A stretch of 64,000 bases of DNA, from positions 3,952,303 to 4,016,302 of the forward strand of contig CM082582.2 of the NCBI GenBank assembly GCA_040954595.2. Reading direction: 5' to 3'. Shown in pieces: positions 63,601-64,000 of this stretch (its first letter is position 1; each line of letters begins with the position of its first letter). The DNA is from Balanoglossus misakiensis (Eukaryota > Animalia > Hemichordata). A model generated the notes under the pieces. That model saw only the letters and a program-made list of their open reading frames with translations. It did no database searches and was not told the origin of the DNA. The translations under genes were made by a program, and so were the position numbers.

Positions 63601-64000
63601 CTCAACATCCAGGTGACGGGCAAACAACATGGTGGCATCCAGTAAAAGTTTGTTTGAGAATGTTTATACTTTAGAACCACCAGAAACGTAACATGTAACA
63701 GGCATGGTGCATCATCAGCATCATGGCGTTTCGTCTGCACAGTCGTTGTCTGCACCACGTTGCCCGTCACCTGGAAATCTGAATATCCATGTAACTGTAT
63801 CTGACTTGGTCTGATGTCATTTGATATCAAACAATACCTATCCATGTGCCTTCTGAGGCTGATGTGAACAGGCAATTATAAATATTGACATCAGAGATTT
63901 GAATTGTTTGTGGTTGTGTTGTCCAGGTTACCAGGCTGGTACAGCAGATGTGACTGATGCTGCGGATGAAATGATGGAACTGCTCGTCAAATCTGCCACC
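6619..64000 (+). CDS. FHOD3: FH1/FH2 domain-containing formin of the FHOD1/FHOD3 family; partial multi-exon gene span, 5' and 3' ends outside window
   Basis: Spliced exons give recognisable FHOD sequence: [33 protein letters not shown]...[27 protein letters not shown] (GBD/FH3), polyproline FH1, RLFWKEV...[14 protein letters not shown]...LLAIGNFLN...[11 protein letters not shown] (FH2), [15 protein letters not shown] (DAD). Frame is continuous across all core junctions. The symbol denotes the FHOD1/3 family, not strict 1:1 orthology. Confidence 0.96.
9236..9426. mobile_element. Degenerate copy of the 210-bp TIR MITE family (see 60437)
   Basis: CGGGAAATTTT...AATTTCCCG ends; shared internal TTTTCGGAGAT and AACAGTTG motifs. 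Confidence 0.7.
9498..9603 (+). CDS. FHOD3: FHOD core exon, GBD/FH3 ([35 protein letters not shown])
   Basis: caacag / gtaagt, 106 nt, phase 0-1. Confidence 0.96.
11248..11667. mobile_element. hAT-like MITE, 420 bp, apparently recent insertion
   Basis: 8-bp target-site duplication TGACTATT (11240-11247, 11668-11675); perfect TIR of about 57 bp starting TAGACTGTCGACAGTCCCTCGCGCC; CpG-rich. Confidence 0.92.
14652..14746 (+). CDS. FHOD3: FHOD core exon, FH3 ([32 protein letters not shown])
   Basis: tttttcacag / gtaagt, 95 nt, phase 1-0; absent from the ORF track. Confidence 0.96.
15281..15392 (+). CDS. FHOD3: FHOD core exon, FH3 ([37 protein letters not shown])
   Basis: tttgtttcag / gtaagt, 112 nt, phase 0-1. 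Confidence 0.96.
16413..16504 (+). CDS. FHOD3: FHOD core exon, FH3 ([30 protein letters not shown])
   Basis: ttacag / gtgagg, 92 nt, phase 1-0. Confidence 0.94.
17732..17875 (+). CDS. FHOD3: FHOD core exon, FH3 ([22 protein letters not shown]...KEQFQIYE)
   Basis: tttcttacag / gtaaga, 144 nt, phase 0-0. Confidence 0.96.
18108..18290. mobile_element. Copy of the 210-bp TIR MITE family
   Basis: Shares TTTTCGGAGATA...AAATTAATC...AACAGTTG...GATATCGC...TCGCGAAAAT with 18907 and 60437. Confidence 0.75.
18461..18693 (+). CDS. FHOD3: FHOD core exon, end of FH3 plus basic linker (AALKHADGD...TRRRRRQ)
   Basis: gtttttttag / gtagga, 233 nt, phase 0-2; AALKHADGD matches the FHOD ALxHEDGD motif. Confidence 0.9.
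18907..19117. mobile_element. Copy of the 210-bp TIR MITE family
   Basis: TACTGTAAAATGGGAAATTT ... AAATTTCCCGTTTTACAG inverted termini. Confidence 0.78.
19297..19580 (+). CDS. FHOD3: FHOD linker exon ([17 protein letters not shown]...PQQPVPVP); last exon before the phase-1 cassette array
   Basis: ctaac...ttacag / gtaagt, 284 nt, phase 2-1, restoring frame to the phase-1 FH1 exon. Confidence 0.88.
21302..22918 (+). CDS. FHOD3: Large acidic cassette exon (1617 nt, 539 codons) containing an SGDDVTGT repeat
   Basis: Inside ORF 21232-22926; ccattag acceptor, A|gtgagt donor just before the ORF stop; phase 1-1. Confidence 0.8.
22228..22611 (+). repeat. Coding minisatellite, 16 x 24 bp (AGTGGTGATGATGTCACTGGGACC-like), encoding (S/C)(G/E)DDV(T/I)xT
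   Basis: Direct 24-nt periodicity, in frame, no indels. Confidence 0.93.
23303..23588. mobile_element. Short TA-flanked MITE (CAGTGAAA...TTTCACTG) interrupted by a nested element
   Basis: TACAGTGAAA left end, TTTCACTGTA right end; internal TTAA is duplicated around the insert. Confidence 0.65.
23373..23567. mobile_element. Kolobok-like MITE nested in the element above
   Basis: TTAA at 23369-23372 and 23568-23571; TIR AGGTATACGGTCACC / GGTGACTGTATACCT. Confidence 0.8.
23684..23776 (+). CDS. Candidate cassette exon, 93 nt ([30 protein letters not shown])
   Basis: pyrimidine tract + AAG; A|gtgagt; 3n, phase 1-1, open. Confidence 0.7.
24303..24389 (+). CDS. Candidate cassette exon, 87 nt ([28 protein letters not shown])
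   Basis: T-rich tract + AAG; CAG|gtattc; 3n, phase 1-1. Confidence 0.6.
24629..24790. mobile_element. Interspersed MITE family (AGTCAAACCTGTG...TGGCCACT...ACAGGT); related pieces at about 46590-46695 and 57086-57200
   Basis: Shared CAAACCTGTGT(T/A)...AGTGG(C/T)CA and CCTCTATATAG...CACTTT...TGTGCAAT blocks, in both orientations. Confidence 0.62.
24842..24955 (+). CDS. Candidate cassette exon, 114 nt ([37 protein letters not shown])
   Basis: AAG; C|gtgagt; 3n, phase 1-1. Confidence 0.65.
26552..26659 (+). CDS. Candidate cassette exon, 108 nt ([35 protein letters not shown])
   Basis: long pyrimidine tract + TAG; A|gtaagt; 3n, phase 1-1. Confidence 0.68.
26987..27043 (+). CDS. Candidate cassette exon, 57 nt ([18 protein letters not shown])
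   Basis: very long pyrimidine tract + AAG; AAG|gtacta; 3n, phase 1-1. Confidence 0.62.
27138..27480. mobile_element. Kolobok-like fold-back MITE
   Basis: TTAA at 27134-27137 and 27481-27484; TIR AGGGACAAAGTCTCTCTCTC; the whole element is an imperfect palindrome centred near 27305. Confidence 0.85.
28489..28596 (+). CDS. Candidate cassette exon, 108 nt ([35 protein letters not shown])
   Basis: AAG; A|gtgagt; 3n, phase 1-1; carries the same motif as the giant exon. Confidence 0.75.
29282..29377 (+). CDS. Candidate cassette exon, 96 nt ([31 protein letters not shown])
   Basis: AAG with weak tract; A|gtgagt; 3n, phase 1-1. Confidence 0.58.
29807..33793 (+). CDS. FHOD3: Giant acidic cassette exon (3987 nt, 1329 codons), E/D/S-rich, with repeated D[VI][ML]x[FLM]LSxG motifs
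   Basis: Inside ORF 29698-33897, which lacks a credible ATG start; about 90-nt pyrimidine tract + AAG; A|gtgagt donor; phase 1-1. Confidence 0.85.
34327..34380 (+). CDS. Candidate cassette exon, 54 nt ([17 protein letters not shown])
   Basis: tract + AAG; A|gtgagt; 3n, phase 1-1. Confidence 0.65.
35011..35061 (+). CDS. Candidate cassette exon, 51 nt ([16 protein letters not shown])
   Basis: AAG; C|gtgagt; 3n, phase 1-1. Confidence 0.58.
35256..35309 (+). CDS. Candidate cassette exon, 54 nt ([17 protein letters not shown])
   Basis: CAG with weak tract; AAG|gtacag; 3n, phase 1-1. Confidence 0.4.
35813..35890 (+). CDS. Candidate cassette exon, 78 nt ([25 protein letters not shown])
   Basis: tract + AAG; A|gtgagt; 3n, phase 1-1. 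Confidence 0.65.
36872..37009 (+). CDS. Candidate cassette exon, 138 nt ([16 protein letters not shown]...GTQEKKLK)
   Basis: TAG with displaced tract; AAG|gtactt; purine-rich, 3n, phase 1-1. Confidence 0.45.
37143..37505. mobile_element. About 365-bp TIR element; inverted second copy at 61990-62358
   Basis: ATTCTGGCTGCCTTAAATAGGTTTT ... AAAACATATTTAAGGTAGCGAGAAT ends; internal blocks match the reverse complement of 61990-62358. Confidence 0.78.
37729..37788 (+). CDS. Candidate cassette exon, 60 nt ([19 protein letters not shown])
   Basis: strong tract + AAG; A|gtgagt; 3n, phase 1-1. Confidence 0.72.
38220..38249 (+). CDS. Candidate micro-exon, 30 nt (DEKFVTVPA); CAGAAG tandem acceptor
   Basis: strong tract + CAG; G|gtaagt; 3n, phase 1-1. 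Confidence 0.72.
38614..38667 (+). CDS. Candidate cassette exon, 54 nt ([17 protein letters not shown])
   Basis: AAG; A|gtaagt; 3n, phase 1-1. Confidence 0.6.
39932..39988 (+). CDS. Candidate cassette exon, 57 nt ([18 protein letters not shown])
   Basis: tract + AAG; A|gtaagc; 3n, phase 1-1. Confidence 0.6.
40106..40165 (+). CDS. Candidate cassette exon, 60 nt ([19 protein letters not shown])
   Basis: strong tract + AAG; A|gtgagt; 3n, phase 1-1. Confidence 0.7.
40430..40510 (+). CDS. Candidate cassette exon, 81 nt ([26 protein letters not shown])
   Basis: tract + AAG; A|gtaagt; 3n, phase 1-1. Confidence 0.65.
41348..41389 (+). CDS. Candidate micro-exon, 42 nt ([13 protein letters not shown])
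   Basis: tract + AAG; A|gtaagt; 3n, phase 1-1. Confidence 0.7.
41513..41560 (+). CDS. Candidate micro-exon, 48 nt ([15 protein letters not shown])
   Basis: tract + AAG; A|gtgagt; 3n, phase 1-1. Confidence 0.7.
41696..41746 (+). CDS. Candidate micro-exon, 51 nt ([16 protein letters not shown]); possible internal donor after 41701
   Basis: tract + AAG; G|gtaggt; 3n, phase 1-1. Confidence 0.65.
41862..41924 (+). CDS. Candidate cassette exon, 63 nt ([20 protein letters not shown])
   Basis: tract + AAG; T|gtaagt; 3n, phase 1-1. Confidence 0.68.
42048..42101 (+). CDS. Candidate cassette exon, 54 nt (57 nt from 42045) ([17 protein letters not shown])
   Basis: tract + CAGTAG tandem acceptor; T|gtgagt; 3n, phase 1-1. 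Confidence 0.65.
42319..42408. mobile_element. piggyBac-like MITE copy, opposite orientation to 499-590
   Basis: TTAA flanks; CCC...GGG ends; ACCATGGTTCAGTCC...GAGGGAACTGGGGGTG core. Confidence 0.78.
42493..42567 (+). CDS. Candidate cassette exon, 75 nt ([24 protein letters not shown]); alternative in-phase donor after 42522
   Basis: tract + AAG; G|gttggt or A|gtgagt; 3n, phase 1-1. Confidence 0.62.
43719..43763 (+). CDS. Candidate micro-exon, 45 nt ([14 protein letters not shown])
   Basis: tract + TAG; G|gtaagt followed closely by TGCATG; 3n, phase 1-1. Confidence 0.75.
44067..44138 (+). CDS. Candidate cassette exon, 72 nt ([23 protein letters not shown])
   Basis: long tract + TAG; A|gtaagt; 3n, phase 1-1. 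Confidence 0.65.
44372..44452 (+). CDS. Candidate cassette exon, 81 nt ([26 protein letters not shown])
   Basis: AAG; A|gtgagt; 3n, phase 1-1. Confidence 0.62.
44688..44747 (+). CDS. Candidate cassette exon, 60 nt ([19 protein letters not shown])
   Basis: tract + AAG; A|gtgagt; 3n, phase 1-1. Confidence 0.68.
45070..45180 (+). CDS. Candidate cassette exon, 111 nt ([36 protein letters not shown])
   Basis: tract + AAG; A|gtaagt; 3n, phase 1-1. Confidence 0.68.
45292..45336 (+). CDS. Candidate micro-exon, 45 nt ([14 protein letters not shown])
   Basis: very long tract + AAG; G|gtaatt; 3n, phase 1-1. Confidence 0.68.
45585..45695 (+). CDS. Candidate cassette exon, 111 nt ([36 protein letters not shown])
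   Basis: TAG (alternative in-phase CAG 12 nt upstream); T|gtgagt; 3n, phase 1-1. Confidence 0.5.
45882..45953 (+). CDS. Candidate cassette exon, 72 nt ([23 protein letters not shown])
   Basis: tract + CAG; AAG|gtaagt; 3n, phase 1-1; carries the repeated motif. Confidence 0.82.
46382..46471 (+). CDS. Candidate cassette exon, 90 nt ([29 protein letters not shown])
   Basis: ttacag; AAG|gtgaga; 3n, phase 1-1. Confidence 0.75.
46786..46851 (+). CDS. Candidate cassette exon, 66 nt ([21 protein letters not shown])
   Basis: AAG; A|gtaagt; 3n, phase 1-1. Confidence 0.62.
47727..47786 (+). CDS. Candidate cassette exon, 60 nt ([19 protein letters not shown])
   Basis: tract + AAG; A|gtaagt; 3n, phase 1-1. 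Confidence 0.7.
47961..48007. repeat. (AAAC)n(AAAT)n microsatellite
   Basis: Direct tetranucleotide repeat. Confidence 0.9.
48355..48426 (+). CDS. Candidate cassette exon, 72 nt ([23 protein letters not shown])
   Basis: TAG; C|gtaagt; 3n, phase 1-1. Confidence 0.65.
49038..49097 (+). CDS. Candidate cassette exon, 60 nt ([19 protein letters not shown])
   Basis: over 100-nt pyrimidine-rich tract + TAG; AAG|gtgaga; 3n, phase 1-1. Confidence 0.72.
49726..49764 (+). CDS. Candidate micro-exon, 39 nt ([12 protein letters not shown])
   Basis: tract + CAG; CAG|gtaagt; 3n, phase 1-1. Confidence 0.75.
51218..51280 (+). CDS. Candidate cassette exon, 63 nt ([20 protein letters not shown])
   Basis: over 120-nt pyrimidine-rich tract + AAG; G|gtaaca; 3n, phase 1-1. 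Confidence 0.62.
51430..51456 (+). CDS. Candidate micro-exon, 27 nt (EQARNRSS)
   Basis: CAG; CAG|gtactt followed by TGCATG; 3n, phase 1-1. Confidence 0.5.
51709..52962 (+). CDS. FHOD3: Large Q/L/P-rich cassette exon (1254 nt, 418 codons) with LQLVPKE repeats and PLPPTP motifs
   Basis: Inside ORF 51585-52994; tract + AAG; AAG|gtattt; phase 1-1. Confidence 0.8.
53704..53763 (+). CDS. Candidate cassette exon, 60 nt ([19 protein letters not shown])
   Basis: strong CT tract + CAG; AAG|gtacat; 3n, phase 1-1. Confidence 0.68.
54495..54530 (+). CDS. Candidate micro-exon, 36 nt ([11 protein letters not shown])
   Basis: TAG; AAG|gtaggt; 3n, phase 1-1. Confidence 0.65.
55163..55219 (+). CDS. Candidate cassette exon, 57 nt ([18 protein letters not shown])
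   Basis: very long tract + TAG; A|gtaagt; 3n, phase 1-1. Confidence 0.75.
55422..55652 (+). CDS. FHOD3: Ser-rich exon, 231 nt ([10 protein letters not shown]...SSSSSTNSS...SSSSSSS); cassette or constitutive
   Basis: tttgcag; G|gtataa; 3n, phase 1-1. Confidence 0.72.
55978..57053 (+). CDS. FHOD3: FHOD core exon: pre-FH1 region ([11 protein letters not shown]), polyproline FH1 and start of FH2 (RLFWKEV...[11 protein letters not shown])
   Basis: atttcag / AAG|gtgagt, phase 1-0; an in-phase alternative acceptor at 55957 is possible. Confidence 0.95.
58024..58107. mobile_element. piggyBac-like MITE copy
   Basis: TTAA flanks; same core as 42319 and the reverse complement of 499-590. Confidence 0.8.
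59438..59596 (+). CDS. FHOD3: FHOD core exon, FH2 ([30 protein letters not shown]...NREAIE)
   Basis: ttttcag / gtaggg, 159 nt, phase 0-0; absent from the ORF track. Confidence 0.96.
59746..59957. mobile_element. TIR element with G/C runs; related degenerate copy at about 12050-12156
   Basis: AGGGACTGGTCAGTTTCTT ... AAGAAACTGACCGGTCCCT inverted termini. Confidence 0.7.
60031..60213 (+). CDS. FHOD3: FHOD core exon, FH2 ([17 protein letters not shown]...KLDYDSMEQ)
   Basis: ttacag / gtaagt, 183 nt, phase 0-0. Confidence 0.96.
60437..60642. mobile_element. About 210-bp TA-flanked TIR MITE; best-preserved of four copies
   Basis: TA|CTGTAAAGCAGGTTATTTTCGCGA ... TCGCGAAAATAACCTGTTTTACAG|TA. Confidence 0.85.
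60702..60983 (+). CDS. FHOD3: FHOD core exon, FH2 ([12 protein letters not shown]...[11 protein letters not shown]...ITRCSK)
   Basis: tgtag / gtgagt, 282 nt, phase 0-0. Confidence 0.96.
61367..61482 (+). CDS. FHOD3: FHOD core exon, FH2 ([31 protein letters not shown]...)
   Basis: tttcag / gtaagt, 116 nt, phase 0-2. Confidence 0.95.
61990..62358. mobile_element. About 365-bp TIR element, inverted relative to 37143-37505
   Basis: ATTCTCCCTGCCTTAAATAGGTTTT ... AAAACCTATTTAAGGCAGCCAGAAT. Confidence 0.78.
62480..62747 (+). CDS. FHOD3: FHOD core exon, end of FH2 ([26 protein letters not shown]...[13 protein letters not shown])
   Basis: gatag / gtaagt, 268 nt, phase 2-0. Confidence 0.95.
63246..63366 (+). 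CDS. FHOD3: FHOD core exon, post-FH2 tail ([21 protein letters not shown]...RSRSRPL)
   Basis: tract + tacag / gtatgt, 121 nt, phase 0-1. Confidence 0.88.
63927..64000 (+). CDS. FHOD3: FHOD core exon containing the DAD ([18 protein letters not shown]), truncated by window end
   Basis: gtccag acceptor, phase 1; matches the FHOD DAD core DEIMDxxVKSAT. Confidence 0.93.

Overview
Eukaryotic (animal, AT-rich, intron-containing) genomic DNA. Almost the whole window is the interior of one + strand gene, an FHOD1/FHOD3-family formin; its start and stop codons lie outside the window. I reconstructed 16 core exons by hand from GT-AG sites and frame continuity. They encode the GBD/FH3 armadillo region and linker (6619-19580), then FH1, FH2 and the start of the DAD (55978-64000). 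The striking feature is the 36 kb between them, which holds about 47 candidate cassette exons. Every one is frame-symmetric (length 3n, phase 1 at both ends) and stop-free. Three are large (1617, 3987 and 1254 nt) and 44 are short (27-231 nt); together they could add about 10.0 kb, roughly 3,340 aa, of mostly low-complexity sequence. They use atypical splice signals (28/47 AAG acceptors, 28/47 non-G at donor -1) and lie among many TGCATG and ACTAAC motifs. Several encode repeated copies of a motif resembling the formin DAD autoinhibitory helix. The introns also carry non-autonomous DNA transposons (hAT-, Tc1/mariner-, Kolobok- and piggyBac-like MITEs), one of them nested. All exon calls and counts are manual and unverified by transcripts. 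An invertebrate origin is likely but the species cannot be established here.
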